Source: Chloroflexota bacterium (lineage in GTDB: Bacteria; Chloroflexota; UBA11872; VXOZ01). Taken from it: 64,000 bases of DNA. A program made the translations under genes and the position numbers. Each line of letters starts with the position of its first letter. Positions within the stretch are counted from its first letter, which is position 1. The stretch is from assembly GCA_964291655.2 (NCBI GenBank), contig OZ219802.1, positions 1,920,001 to 1,984,000 on the forward strand. The letters are read 5' to 3'. A model generated the notes under the pieces. It saw nothing but the letters and a program-made list of their open reading frames with translations, had not been told where the DNA came from and did no database searches. Of this stretch, positions 1 to 10,472 are shown piece by piece.

Positions 1-3000
1 GTTGTAGCGCTGGCCGGCGCAGACCTCGCAGGGCACGTAGACGTCAGGCAGGAACTGCATTTCGATTTTGATGATGCCGTCGCCGCGGCAGGCCTCGCAA
101 CGGCCGCCCTTTACATTAAAAGAGAAGCGACCCGGCTTGTAGCCGCGCACGCGCGCCTCCGGCGTCTTGGCGAATATCTCGCGCATGGGCGTGAACGCGC
201 CAGTGTACGTCGCCGGGTTCGAGCGCGGCGTGCGTCCAATGGGCTGCTGGTTGATGTCGATGACCTTGTCGATGTTTTCCAGGCCCAGGATCGCGTCGTG
301 GGGGCCGGGACGCTCGCGGCTGTTGTAGATCTCCTGCGCCAGGCGGCGGTAGAGCACGTCGATGACGAGCGAACTCTTGCCCGAGCCGGAGACGCCGGTC
401 ACGCCGATAAGCCGTCCCAAAGGGAAGTCCACGTCGAGGCTTTTGAGATTATTGGCGCGGGCGCCTTTCACCGTAATTCTTGCTCTTCCCGCAGGCCCCG
501 AGCCTGCCGCAGCCGTTCGTCCTGAGCTTGTCGAAGGACCGTGACCGGACTTTGCCGCGAGCGCCTTTCCTGATTTCCCCGCAGGAGCCCGTGCTGAGCT
601 TGCCGCAGCCACTCGTCCTGACCCTCCTGCCGCAACCGTTTGCCCCGAGCCCCCCACATCCGTTCGCCCTGACCCTCCCGCAGCCGTTCGCCCTGAGCTT
701 GTCGAAGGGCCTTGTCCAGAGCCTGTCGCAGGACCACGCCGTTCCTGCGGCACCGGAATCACCCGCCGGCCGGTCAGGTAAGCCGCCGTCAGGGATTCGT
801 CCACCGCCATCACGTCCTCCAGCGGTCCCGCCGCCACGACGCGGCCGCCGTGCTCACCCGCGCCGGGCCCAATGTCGATCACGTGGTCGGCTGAGCGGAT
901 CGTCTCCTCATCATGCTCTACCACCAGCACGGTATTCCCCAGGTCGCGCAGGCCGCTCAAGGTCTCGATGAGACGACGGTTGTCCCGTTGGTGCAGGCCG
1001 ATGGAGGGCTCATCCAGGATGTAGAGCACACCCACCAGGCCGGAGCCAATCTGGGTCGCCAGGCGGATGCGCTGCGCCTCGCCGCCGGAAAGCGTGGCGG
1101 TGGCGCGATCAAGGGTGAGATAGTCCAGCCCCACGTTCTCCAGGAAGTGCAGCCGCGCCCGAATCTCCTTGAGAATCTGGCGGCCGATCAGGCGTTCCCG
1201 CTCGGTGAGCGGCAGCGCCTGGAACCAGGCGCGGGCGTCCTTCACGGCAAAGGCCGTTACCTGCGCGATAGTGTGAGCGTTGATCGTGACAGAAAGACTC
1301 TCCGGCTTCAGGCGCGCGCCCTGGCAAGCGGGACAGGGCTGCACGGTCATGAAGCGCTCGATTTCCCCGCGCATGTAATCGGAATCGGTCTCTTTGTAGC
1401 GCCGCTGTAAATTGGGGATCACGCCTTCGAAGTCCACCGTAAACGTGCGCATCTCGTCGCGGGCGGCCTTCACCGTTACGGGAACGCGCTCTTCAATGCC
1501 ATAGAGCAGGATATCTACATGCTCTGCTGCCAGCTCCGCCACCGGCACGCGCAAAGAGAAATTGTAGTGCTCTGCCACCGCTTTCACCACCTGATAGAGG
1601 TAGGAATCCTTGGCGGTGAGCCGCGACCACGGCAGAATGGCGCCCTCCATGGGCGAGAGCCGCTTGTTGGGCACGATGAGGTCGGGATCGAACACCATGG
1701 TCGTGCCGATGCCGGTGCACTCCGGGCACGCGCCGTGAGGGCTATTGAAGGAAAACGTGCGCGGCTCCACCTCGCCCAACGAAATGCCGCAGTGCACGCA
1801 GGCGAATTGCTCGGAGAAGAGGAGCTCGACCGGCTCCGTTCTTTCGCCGGAATGACGGGCAGATGGATTGTCGGTTTCTCCAGTATTAAGATCGGATGGA
1901 CTCCCGCTTTCGCGGGAGTGACGGGAAGGGTCTGTCTTTCCGGTCTCAGCAAATTGACCATCGGAGACTGGATTCCGGCTTTCGCCGGAATGACGATCGG
2001 CGGACGGTTTCCCGCTCTTTTCGTCGATTCCGCCTTCTCCGTCATTCCCACTTTGTCCGTCATTCCCGCGCACGCGGGAATCCATCTTCTCTTCGCTGCC
2101 GGTACTTGCGTTCACACGCAGGTTGGACACTGCCGCGTCTCCGCCGGATGGACTCCCGCTCGCGCCGGAGTGACGGGCAGGGTCTGTCTTTCCAGTCTCT
2201 GAGAATTGACCATCGGAGACTGGATTCCGGCTTTCGCCGGAATGACGGTCAGATGGATCCCCGCCTTCTCCGTCATTCCCGTGAAAACGGGAATCCATCT
2301 TCTCTTCGTTTCCGCCTCCGTCACCAACGATTAAATGAGACTCAGTCGAATCCTCTTCGGATGGACTCCCGCTTTCGCGGGAGTGACGGGCAGGGCCCGT
2401 CTTTCCGGTCTCAGCAAATTGACCATCGGAGACTGGATTCCGGCTTTCGCCGGAATGACGGCCTGCCCCGTCAACAATCACAATCCGCACCACACTGGAG
2501 CCCAACCGCAGCGCCGTCTCCAACGAGTCCGCCACGCGCGTCTTATCCGTCTCGCCGCCCCGGTTCACCAAGCGATCCACCACAATCTCGATTGTGTGCT
2601 GCTTATAGCGGTCCAGGGTTGGCGTTTCGTCCAAGTCGTAGACCGTGCCGTCCACGCGCACGCGCACGTAGCCCGCCTGGCGCGCGTCCTCAAACACCTG
2701 CCGGTACTCGCCTTTGCGGTCCTGCACGATAGGCGCCAGGATCATGTAGCGCGTGCCGTCGGGCAGGTCGAGCAGCGTGTCTACCATCTGCTGGACAGTC
2801 TGCTGGGAAATCTCGCGGCCGCATTCCGGACAGTGGGGCACGCCGATGCGGGCAAAGAGCAGGCGCAGGTAGTCATACACTTCCGTGACCGTGCCGACCG
2901 TGGAGCGCGGGTTGCGGCTGGCGCCCTTCTGGTCGATGGAAATGGCGGGTGAGAGACCGTCGATGTGGTCGACGTCCGGCTTTTCCAGCATGCCGAGAAA

Positions 3001-3195
3001 CTGGCGGGCGTAGGCCGAAAGAGACTCCACGTAACGCCGCTGCCCTTCGGCAAAGATGGTATCGAAGGCCAGGCTCGATTTGCCGGAGCCGGAGAGGCCG
3101 GTGATGACCACTAGCTTATCGCGCGGTATGTCGAGGTCGATGTTCTTCAGGTTGTGTTCGCGCGCGCCGCGGATGCCGATGTACTCTTCAGCCAT
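1..3195 (-). CDS. uvrA: Excinuclease ABC subunit A (3'-truncated by window edge) with two in-frame repeat-derived insertions
   Basis: ATG at 3195 reads [55 protein letters not shown]. Second half has [38 protein letters not shown] and the Zn finger [22 protein letters not shown] at the window edge, in the same frame. I translated both insertions by hand with no stops; the ORF track shows no stop-terminated ORF in this frame. Confidence 0.97.
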   Translation of the reverse strand, partial: MAEEYIGIRGAREHNLKNIDLDIPRDKLVVITGLSGSGKSSLAFDTIFAEGQRRYVESLSAYARQFLGMLEKPDVDHIDGLSPAISIDQKGASRNPRSTVGTVTEVYDYLRLLFARIGVPHCPECGREISQQTVQQMVDTLLDLPDGTRYMILAPIVQDRKGEYRQVFEDARQAGYVRVRVDGTVYDLDETPTLDRYKQHTIEIVVDRLVNRGGETDKTRVADSLETALRLGSSVVRIVIVDGAGRHSGESRNPVSDGQFAETGKTGPARHSRESGSPSEEDSTESHLIVGDGGGNEEKMDSRFHGNDGEGGDPSDRHSGESRNPVSDGQFSETGKTDPARHSGASGSPSGGDAAVSNLRVNASTGSEEKMDSRVRGNDGQSGNDGEGGIDEKSGKPSADRHSGESRNPVSDGQFAETGKTDPSRHSRESGSPSDLNTGETDNPSARHSGERTEPVELLFSEQFACVHCGISLGEVEPRTFSFNSPHGACPECTGIGTTMVFDPDLIVPNKRLSPMEGAILPWSRLTAKDSYLYQVVKAVAEHYNFSLRVPVAELAAEHVDILLYGIEERVPVTVKAARDEMRTFTVDFEGVIPNLQRRYKETDSDYMRGEIERFMTVQPCPACQGARLKPESLSVTINAHTIAQVTAFAVKDARAWFQALPLTERERLIGRQILKEIRARLHFLENVGLDYLTLDRATATLSGGEAQRIRLATQIGSGLVGVLYILDEPSIGLHQRDNRRLIETLSGLRDLGNTVLVVEHDEETIRSADHVIDIGPGAGEHGGRVVAAGPLEDVMAVDESLTAAYLTGRRVIPVPQERRGPATGSGQGPSTSSGRTAAGGSGRTDVGGSGQTVAAGGSGRVAAASSARAPAGKSGKALAAKSGHGPSTSSGRTAAAGSGPAGRARITVKGARANNLKSLDVDFPLGRLIGVTGVSGSGKSSLVIDVLYRRLAQEIYNSRERPGPHDAILGLENIDKVIDINQQPIGRTPRSNPATYTGAFTPMREIFAKTPEARVRGYKPGRFSFNVKGGRCEACRGDGIIKIEMQFLPDVYVPCEVCAGQRYN
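484..732 (-). repeat. In-frame insertion 2 in uvrA: degenerate copies of the CCTTCGACAAGCTCAGG palindromic repeat (PSTSSGRT peptides)
   Basis: Translation [25 protein letters not shown]...[19 protein letters not shown] lies between IPVPQERR and [12 protein letters not shown]. The same DNA motif occurs intergenically near 5165, 20480, 30065, 45630, 61940 and 62125. Confidence 0.9.
1831..2466 (-). repeat. In-frame insertion 1 in uvrA: about 9 copies of the GTCATTCCGGCGAAAGCCGGAATCC palindrome (RPE-like)
   Basis: Translation [34 protein letters not shown]...[13 protein letters not shown]... lies between RIVIVDG and [15 protein letters not shown]. The core unit is triplicated. Confidence 0.93.
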
Positions 3196-3477
3196 GGAGT
3201 TTTGGGATCGCCTCTATTGGTGCTATACGGGGCACACAGCTACACGATATTGACCCTACGTAACATTCCGTGCGCAACGTCGAACAATGTTCGTTGACTT
3301 CGTCAAGGACGCGGAATCCGGAGTCTTTGCCACACGTAGTTCGCTGAGTTCAGGCCTCCAGATTCCTCACTGCGCTGCGCTCCGATCGGAATGACATGTA
3401 GGCAGAGCATTGCTGTGCATAGCAGTTTCGCGAATCAGTCTCCATGGTACCACGATGCCTCTCATTGAAGCAGACTA

Positions 3478-3506
3478 TTGACAGTCAACATTACATTGCA
3501 TATACT
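3478..3506 (+). promoter_or_regulatory. Sigma70-type promoter for the solute-binding protein gene
   Basis: TTGACA-N17-TATACT, about 100 bp upstream of AAGGAG and ATG 3608. Confidence 0.8.
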
Positions 3507-3607
3507 AACCGCAAGCGCTGGCGTATGCGGGCACGCCGGTCGTGTGTGTCAATAGACCCGCCGTATGTATAGGTGGTTTCATTCCAAAGACCCCCCTAAA
3601 AGGAGCA

Positions 3608-4990
3608 ATGGTCATGGAAGAGACACGATGTTCACGCCGTACGGTGCTGGCAGCAGTGCCGATAGTTGGCGGTGCAGCTATGCTCGCAGCTTGCGGCACG
3701 GCGCAGGTTGCCGCGCCGATGGAGGAGAAGTCAGCGCCTGAGGAGGAAGCCGAAGCCGCGCCCGCGCCGGCGGAAGACGTTGAGCTCACCTATCTCTCAC
3801 GCGATTCCGATAGCGCCACCCTCAAGGTGCGCGCGCTCTTCGACAAGTTTGAGGCGGCCAACCCCAACATCACCATTACAATCCAGAATATGTCCAGCGG
3901 TGATGAGGCGAAGACGAAGCTGCTCGTACAGGCAGCGTCGGGCGTACCCATTGACTTCCTGCGCACGAGCTGGGGCTCGTTCGCCGACCTCATCGAAGGC
4001 GAAATCCTGTCGCCCTTGGACGACTTCTTCAAGGCCGACGGCCTGGTGCCCGCAGAGCACTTCTTGCCAAACAGTCTGACCCACTGGACCGTCGGAGGGG
4101 TTCTGTACGGGTGGCCCGGCTCCGGTAACTGCGACGCCGTGCTGCTCAACAAGACAATGCTGGACAAGGCAGGCTTGGAGCCGCCGCCCATCGATCCCAC
4201 CGATGCTTCCTGGAATATGGATACGTTCCTTGAGTACGCCCGGGCGATGACGCAAGGCAACGAGCAGTTTGGGCACAATGGCGGCGTTTCCGCTTCCGAC
4301 GGCACGCGCGGCCACCAGCGCGGCGCGTACTTCGGCCAGATTTCTTGGGACGCTGAACGGCAGGTCGCCACGATGGACCATCCGAAGTTCATCGAGGGGC
4401 TGGCCTACTGGGTAGACCTCAAGCTCAAACACCGCGTGGTGCCGAGTGCGGAGGAGGCGGATAGTCTGGGCGCAGCCAATACCGGCAGGCGCGCCATCTG
4501 GGAAACCGGCAAAGTGGGCATGAACATCACCAACGGTTACCGGCAAGTGCCGTTTGAAGCCATCGGCGCGACTCTGCCGTTCAGCGCAGAGGTGAATATC
4601 TCCGGCCGCTCCTGGTTCCCGGCAATCCTCATCGGCTTTAGTCTGAACCCCGATGAGACGTGGCAGGTGAACCGTTGGATGATGGAGCCGGAACCCAATA
4701 CGGAGTTCACGCTAGCCATGGGGCACACGATTTCGGCGGTGCAGACGGCGGTGAATATGCCGGCCGAACAGCTCAAAGAGACTGTCGGGTTCGATGCCAT
4801 CGCCCACGCGGAACAAGCTAAGTTTAGCCCGCCGGCAAGCTACGGCATGAACGCCTACCCCACCTGGGGCGACGTCGGCACCGCTCTACGTCCGCACTTT
4901 GAGGCGTACGATGCCGGCGAACTGACGCCTGCGGAGTACGGCCGCGTGGCCACCGACATTATCAACGAACTCCTGGTTCCGAAGGAATAG
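3608..4990 (+). CDS. Extracellular solute-binding lipoprotein (carbohydrate ABC type), probable Tat signal
   Basis: SRRTVL twin-Arg-like motif and LAAC lipobox, A/P/E linker, FEAANPNITI and NKTMLDKAGL motifs. Start chosen by AAGGAG RBS. Confidence 0.85.
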   Translation: MVMEETRCSRRTVLAAVPIVGGAAMLAACGTAQVAAPMEEKSAPEEEAEAAPAPAEDVELTYLSRDSDSATLKVRALFDKFEAANPNITITIQNMSSGDEAKTKLLVQAASGVPIDFLRTSWGSFADLIEGEILSPLDDFFKADGLVPAEHFLPNSLTHWTVGGVLYGWPGSGNCDAVLLNKTMLDKAGLEPPPIDPTDASWNMDTFLEYARAMTQGNEQFGHNGGVSASDGTRGHQRGAYFGQISWDAERQVATMDHPKFIEGLAYWVDLKLKHRVVPSAEEADSLGAANTGRRAIWETGKVGMNITNGYRQVPFEAIGATLPFSAEVNISGRSWFPAILIGFSLNPDETWQVNRWMMEPEPNTEFTLAMGHTISAVQTAVNMPAEQLKETVGFDAIAHAEQAKFSPPASYGMNAYPTWGDVGTALRPHFEAYDAGELTPAEYGRVATDIINELLVPKE

Positions 4991-5456
4991 GCGGAGGCAG
5001 CAGCGGCCACTTTCCTGGCCTGAGCGTGGTGAGCGTTTAGCATGTTGATCGCCGCAGGGGCACGATATATCGTGCCCCTGCGATGGGTTTGGCAGTATAG
5101 TGTGAACCGTAGCGCGGGGGCTTGTCCCCCGCTAATTGGCTTAGAACTGGGGTTGGCAGCCACCGTTCGCCCCGAGCTAGTCGAAGGGTCGAAACATGAA
5201 CGGTTCGGCACACGCTTCGCTACTGGCTTGTAGCCCTTTTGTCTGGTTGGTCGTCCCAAAAGAATCGCAATCAAGTTATGCGTAGTGCCGCGGATTGCGC
5301 TCGTACTTGGTTGAGGCATACGGAGCGTGTGGGTGGATTTTCGTTCCGGCGCAAGGCGCTGCAAGCCACCCAGAAGCGTCCGTTCCAAGCGATTACGGAG
5401 CCGATGGAAAGCTCAAGAAGAGATGTAGAATGAGGTGGCCCAAGAGGAGGTAAGTC

Positions 5457-6527
5457 ACGTCGGATTCTATCAGCAATCCAGAATACCTTAACCCCGGCTG
5501 GCTCACCAGCCGGTTGTCTGAGCAGGGGCACCTTCCCTCAGGCGAGGTGCTCCGCATTACGCCCGGACAGTCATTTGAATCGACCGCCGCATTCCTCACG
5601 CCGCTCACTGTCACCTACTCGCATGATGCTCCTGCCTCTGCTCCTCATCAACTCGTAGTGAAGATCTATCGTGAGGATTGGTACGGCGGTGGGCTGGCTG
5701 AAGCGGTATTCTATCAGGAGTTCGTCGCCGCCATGCCCGCTGCACCCGTAGTGACCTGCTACGACGTTACAATCGTTCCTGAGCACTACTACTGCCGCTT
5801 TGTGTTTCAAGACATCTCGAAGTCCCATGCTCCGCCGGCCGGCACTCCCAGTCAGGCTCAGCTTGAAGAGATCGTAGATGGACTGCTGCAGTTTCACACG
5901 AAATGGTGGGATCATCCCCGCATCAGCCGAAGCGACTTTTTCGGAAAGGCCGGCGGTCCGCTACGCATGACCCATGCTACCAAGGAGTCGACGTTTCTCG
6001 CCTACTGTCAACACATCGCAAGGGGCTTTAGTGCCTTTGCCGATGATCTTGGGGATGAGCTCCCCGGCGAATGGCGGCAGTTGTGTGAGCGAGCAATCGC
6101 GTCCTGGCCCGGCTTGTTTCTTAACCGGGTCTCGTCAGGCAAGGCCCTCACGTTAATCCACGGCGACTTCGGCCTGTGGAACATCTACCTGCCGCACAAT
6201 TCCAATACACATCGGCTCTGCTTTCTTGACTGGGAAACGTATAAGCGCAGCATCGGCGTCTACGACCTCGCGTATATGCTCATTACGGCTGACTATTCAG
6301 GTGATCTTGACACAAGAAACCGAATGGAAGGCCAGTTGCTGCGCCGGTACCACGATGGGCTGCTCGCACAGGGCATCGCGGACTACGACTGGGACGACTG
6401 CGGCTACGATTACCGGCTCTCCGTCATCGCCAATCTGTTCCCCCCGGTGGGGTGGCAGCGGCTCAGCAGCCTGCAGGCAGCTATCACCGCCTTCCACGAA
6501 TGGGGCTGTGCTGATTTGCTCGACTGA
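5457..6527 (+). CDS. Phosphotransferase (APH/EcKinase-like); probable start at ACG 5457 (ORF track start TTG 5514)
   Basis: VVKI lysine, LIHGDFGLWNI catalytic loop, FLDWE, YDLAY. Family-like N-terminus (NPGWLTSRL) lies upstream of the TTG. Confidence 0.85.
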   Translation, partial: TSDSISNPEYLNPGWLTSRLSEQGHLPSGEVLRITPGQSFESTAAFLTPLTVTYSHDAPASAPHQLVVKIYREDWYGGGLAEAVFYQEFVAAMPAAPVVTCYDVTIVPEHYYCRFVFQDISKSHAPPAGTPSQAQLEEIVDGLLQFHTKWWDHPRISRSDFFGKAGGPLRMTHATKESTFLAYCQHIARGFSAFADDLGDELPGEWRQLCERAIASWPGLFLNRVSSGKALTLIHGDFGLWNIYLPHNSNTHRLCFLDWETYKRSIGVYDLAYMLITADYSGDLDTRNRMEGQLLRRYHDGLLAQGIADYDWDDCGYDYRLSVIANLFPPVGWQRLSSLQAAITAFHEWGCADLLD

Positions 6528-6780
6528 ACTGAAGGGCGGCTTGGTCTGCCGCGAGCGCACAGCCGTTCTATATGGTCAGGAGGACTCGTTGGTCAAAGGC
6601 ATGCACGGGACTGTTCTTCCCGCCGGAAGCGGTGGCTTTCCCCCGCGTGCGCGGGACTGACGGAAAAGAAAACTGCCAGTCTTGGTTAGAATGGTGGTTC
6701 GCACACTGGATTTTGCGACGAAGAATCGAGGCAAAGTTGCTAATTGCTAGTGAATTCATACACGCATAGGTAGGAGATCG

Positions 6781-7599
6781 ATGAAAATCTACGTGATGAC
6801 GGACATGGAAGGCGTGGCGGGGGTTATCGACTCGCCGAATTACTGCTTCCCGGAGTCCCGCTACTACGAGCGCGGCTGCGAGTTGACCACCTTGGAAGTC
6901 AACGCCGCCATCGAAGGGGCGTTGGAAGCCGGGGCTACAGAAATTGTGGTGACGGACGGCCACGGGCACGGGGCGATCACGCCCATGCTGCTGCACCCGG
7001 CAGCGAAACTCTTGACAGGACGCCCACGCCCCATTGGCGCCGTCCTCGACGCATCGTTCGACGTCGCCATCAGCATCGGCCAGCACGCCAAGTCCAACGC
7101 CCCCGGCGGCCATCTGGCCCACTCCGGTTCGTTTACAGTGGAGGAGCTGACCATCAACGGAATCTCCATCGGCGAAAGTGGCCGGAGTTTTATTAGCGCG
7201 GCGTACTTCGGCGTGCCGTACGTCTTTCTGAGCGGCGATCTGGCAGCGGCGGCAGAAGCGCAGGCGCTGGCGCCGGGTATAGAAACGGCGGTGGTAAAGG
7301 AAGGCCTTGACCGTGGTTCGGCCACCGGTCTTGGCATGGACGAGAACCGCGCGTTCAACGGCGCTGCCATTCACCTGCATCCCACCAAAGCGCGGCAGCT
7401 CATCTACGAGGGCGTAAAGCGCGGCATCGCACGCCGTGACGAAATCGGCCGCTTCTGGCTGGAGCCGCCGTACACCCTCGTACACACCCAACGCCCTGAG
7501 AACGGCGTCCCTGGGGGTGAGGCCCGCGTCACCGGCGATGACATTCTAAAGGTATTCAGGACGCCGCTCGAGTTAGGCAAGCACGTCGAAGCGCGTTGA
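6781..7599 (+). CDS. M55 family D-aminopeptidase (DppA-like)
   Basis: MKIYVMTDMEGVAGV, VTDGHG, IGQHA, HLAHS, LSGD motifs; AGGAG RBS. Confidence 0.93.
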   Translation: MKIYVMTDMEGVAGVIDSPNYCFPESRYYERGCELTTLEVNAAIEGALEAGATEIVVTDGHGHGAITPMLLHPAAKLLTGRPRPIGAVLDASFDVAISIGQHAKSNAPGGHLAHSGSFTVEELTINGISIGESGRSFISAAYFGVPYVFLSGDLAAAAEAQALAPGIETAVVKEGLDRGSATGLGMDENRAFNGAAIHLHPTKARQLIYEGVKRGIARRDEIGRFWLEPPYTLVHTQRPENGVPGGEARVTGDDILKVFRTPLELGKHVEAR

Positions 7600-8252
7600 C
7601 GATAGCTGCGCAGTATACTAAGCCCAGTGAGCGCTAGGGTCGGCTAGTTAGCCCCAATCTAACTTGTGGGAATTGTGCGGACAAAGTGACGAATGGACTT
7701 CGTAGCGCAGGTTTGTAACCTGCGTCCAACCGTTACCGGCTTGACTTTGTGTAGGTTCTATCTATCGGGTTTTTGCATGCACTACTTGCAATTGGCCGAG
7801 CAAAGCGACCGCATACGGCTGGCAGGTGATAAAGCCCTCTCCTGGGGGAGAGGGTTTGGGTGAGGGCGACTCTGCGCCGGCAACATGCTATCGCGGCGGC
7901 CCTGAAAGACGATGCGAATACCGTCCGAGATTCCACGCCATCTTTGCTAGACTAGGCTCTGTGGACATTCAGTGTCATTCCGAGCGCAAGCGTCGAACTG
8001 GGTTCGCTGACTTCGTCAAAGACGCGGAATCTCAAGCGTTTGTACGGGATTGTCTCTCGTGTTTCTCCGCAAAGTGGCAAAGATGATACTTGCGCATGTG
8101 GTCGCTCGCCACCCCGCGAAGTAGCACGATCCGGTGTCGCGTGAAGATGGATTCCCGTTTTCACGGGAATGACGGCAAAATGTCCACACAGCCTAGCAGT
8201 CACCGAATAAAAGCCTTCTTTCTACCGCCAAACAACACCGGAAAGGAACAGC

Positions 8253-9458
8253 ATGACCTACACGTTGCTCTGGGGGGATACCCACATCCACGCCGAATAC
8301 TCGCCGTGCTTCAAGCCGGAGGCAATACCGGATGGGTTCGACGGCTCGCCCGCGGACTGCTACCGCTACGCGCGTGACGTGGCGGAGATAGATTTCGCCG
8401 CCGTCACCGATCACACCTGGTCGGGCATGGGGGGAAAAACGCCCATCATGCTTACCGACGACCAATATGGGGTGATCCTGGAGGCGAACCGCGCCTATCA
8501 GGATCCCGGCAGGTTCGTGACCTTCCCGGCATACGAGTGGAATTCACCCAAAGACCGCACCTGGGGTCACCACAACGCGCTTTTCTGCGACGATGAACCG
8601 CCCTTGCTGCCGAGCGGCAGCGCCGTGAGCTCGCTCGATGAGGTGTGGGCGGCGTTTGATGAACTGCCGTATGGGGCGATGTTGATACCGCACCATCTGG
8701 CGCGGGACCGCACGCCCTACGACTGGTCGACTTTCAATCCACGCTACGAGCCGATAGTTGAGATCACGTCCATGTGGGGCAATTACGAGTACAAGGGTAA
8801 CCCGCATGAATGCGATCCCAACTGGTCGCCAAGCGTCCCGGGTTCGTTCCTGCAGGACGGCCTGGCGCGGGGACACCGCCCAGGCGTGATCGGCGGCAGC
8901 GACAACCACACCGGCCACTCCGGGGGACACCATTTCCCGTTTGATCCCATGATTCCAGGTCGCCCTTTGAACGAAATCCTGGCGGCGCGCGGTCCCCAGC
9001 GCCGTAATGCGCTCGGCGCCGGCCTGGCCGGCGTCTACGCGGAGGACTTTACGCGCGAGGGCATCTTTGCCGCCCTGCACGCCCGCCGCTGCTTTGCCGC
9101 TACCGGCCATAAGATCCGCCTCTGGACCGAGACGAACGGCCTGGAAATGGGTGCTGAAGGCGGCGCGCTGCCGGACGAGCCGCGCACGGTTCACATTGCC
9201 GTGAACGGCACCGCGCCCATTGCCCACGTTACGCTGGTACGCAATAACGTGGACGTGCAGAGATTCCGTCCGCAGGAATCGTCGGCTGATGTGACCGTAG
9301 ACCTCGTAGACGACGATCCGATGGAGAAGATCGTGAAAGTCTCACCGCCCGTGGCCGCTGGCGACGACGATTCGCTGGTCTACTATTACGTGCGCGTGGT
9401 GCAAGCTGACGAACGCACGGCGTGGTCCAGCCCGGTCTGGTTCACTGTGCGGGCATAG
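8253..9458 (+). CDS. PHP-fold metallohydrolase (DUF3604 / CehA-McbA-like)
   Basis: WGDTHIH, FAAVTDH, PAYEW, GHHN, IPHH, GGSDNH, C-terminal YYYVRVVQ..AWSSPVW. Confidence 0.85.
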   Translation: MTYTLLWGDTHIHAEYSPCFKPEAIPDGFDGSPADCYRYARDVAEIDFAAVTDHTWSGMGGKTPIMLTDDQYGVILEANRAYQDPGRFVTFPAYEWNSPKDRTWGHHNALFCDDEPPLLPSGSAVSSLDEVWAAFDELPYGAMLIPHHLARDRTPYDWSTFNPRYEPIVEITSMWGNYEYKGNPHECDPNWSPSVPGSFLQDGLARGHRPGVIGGSDNHTGHSGGHHFPFDPMIPGRPLNEILAARGPQRRNALGAGLAGVYAEDFTREGIFAALHARRCFAATGHKIRLWTETNGLEMGAEGGALPDEPRTVHIAVNGTAPIAHVTLVRNNVDVQRFRPQESSADVTVDLVDDDPMEKIVKVSPPVAAGDDDSLVYYYVRVVQADERTAWSSPVWFTVRA

Positions 9459-9864
9459 GCTTCCGTGTTAGACTCCGCACGATTCAGGACATGCAGGCGG
9501 CGCAAGTCAATGGCTTGTTTGGCCCTGTGTCTAACCTCGCCGCCGCTATCGCGCTGGGCTGGGACTCTCTCCTACGAAGCCTCCCCTGCGCTACCTTGAC
9601 ACTGCAGCGAAACCCTTACCATACTGAGAGCGTTGCACGCATTGCGCAGGCAACGAGATGGCGCACCGGTGTCTCGCCTTCTCGCTGTAGCAAGGTCAGG
9701 GTAGGCTTTAGCTCTCTTCTTAGAGATACCCCAGTGCCGGGGTACGGGGTGAAGGGAAACCCCGCAATCTGAGCCACCTTGACCGACCTGGTGCACTTGC
9801 GTAAGAGTCCTATAGGTAGAGAGTACCGGGATAGCAGGAATCCCCTCACCCCGGCCCTCTCCCC

Positions 9865-10151
9865 TGTATAGACCGGGTTGATGGGTAACACATGTTCGGG
9901 TTGATAGGTTACACCATCGAATATGGGAGTTTTCGTTGTATGCAGTGTCCATGCCATGGAAGTTAGACCAACTCAATACCCTTATGGATACGGTTTTTCC
10001 CCTGGCACCAGCTCACGAACTGAACATGAGTATGTCGTGGTGCCTGGAACGTCTATTTCTCTGCCCAACCTAAAGCGCCCGAAGGTGTCAATCAGTACAA
10101 TGTGTAACCTATCAACCCGAACACCTGTTACCTATCAGCCCAGTCTGTACA
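9865..10151 (-). mobile_element. MITE family A (TGTA...TACA ends, IS481-like), diverged copy in reverse orientation
   Basis: 287 bp with long TIRs containing repeated TGTAAC/GTTAC motifs. Flanked by a CTCCCC duplication inside a CCCTCACCCCGGCCCTCTCCC palindrome. Colinear with the copies at 20748 and 30464. Confidence 0.85.
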
Positions 10152-10212
10152 CTCCCCAGGGGAGAGGGGGTATACGTGACAGTTTTTCGGGTCGTGCAGG
10201 GGTCTCCCCAGT

Positions 10213-10472
10213 GAGACTTTTGCATAGCCCTTCAACTTGGAGGGGTAAGGTTGGGATGAGGGTGAAACGGCTTGACATTATGCTATTGTTGGTTGTAAAG
10301 GCATACTGGATTCCGGCTTGCGCCGGAATTGTAAATGTCAGGTAATTCGTTGACAGATTTGGTAGAAGAAACATGGGAGCAGAACTCTGTGCTTGCCTAC
10401 ATACATGTCATTCCGAACGGAGCGTAGCGGAGTGTCGCTCTTAGCGCGGAATCTAGAGTGCTGAGGCCGTGA
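10213..10472. mobile_element. Nested MITE remnants: family D (GAGACTTTTGCA end) interrupted at its internal palindrome by a truncated family B element starting 10330
   Basis: 10213-10329 matches 61478-61616; TGTAAATGTCAGGTAATTCGTTGACAGA begins directly after GGAAT. Confidence 0.7.

Noticed and set aside
1831-2466. Intein, intron or CRISPR array inside uvrA
   Set aside because: No Cys/Ser...His-Asn intein termini, no group I/II intron motifs, repeats in mixed orientation with duplicated rather than unique spacers, and no cas genes.
3280-3294. Possible LexA box upstream of uvrA (CGAACAATGTTCG)
   Set aside because: The spacer is 3 nt rather than the 4 of GAAC-N4-GTTC, and the same CGAAC-N3-GTTCG motif is part of a repeat found at about 7993, 33787, 42440 and 58921.
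9466-9536. Integron attC-like GTTAGAC...GTCTAAC pair
   Set aside because: The core sites are in the wrong order for attC, there is no internal stem, and there is no integrase or cassette array.
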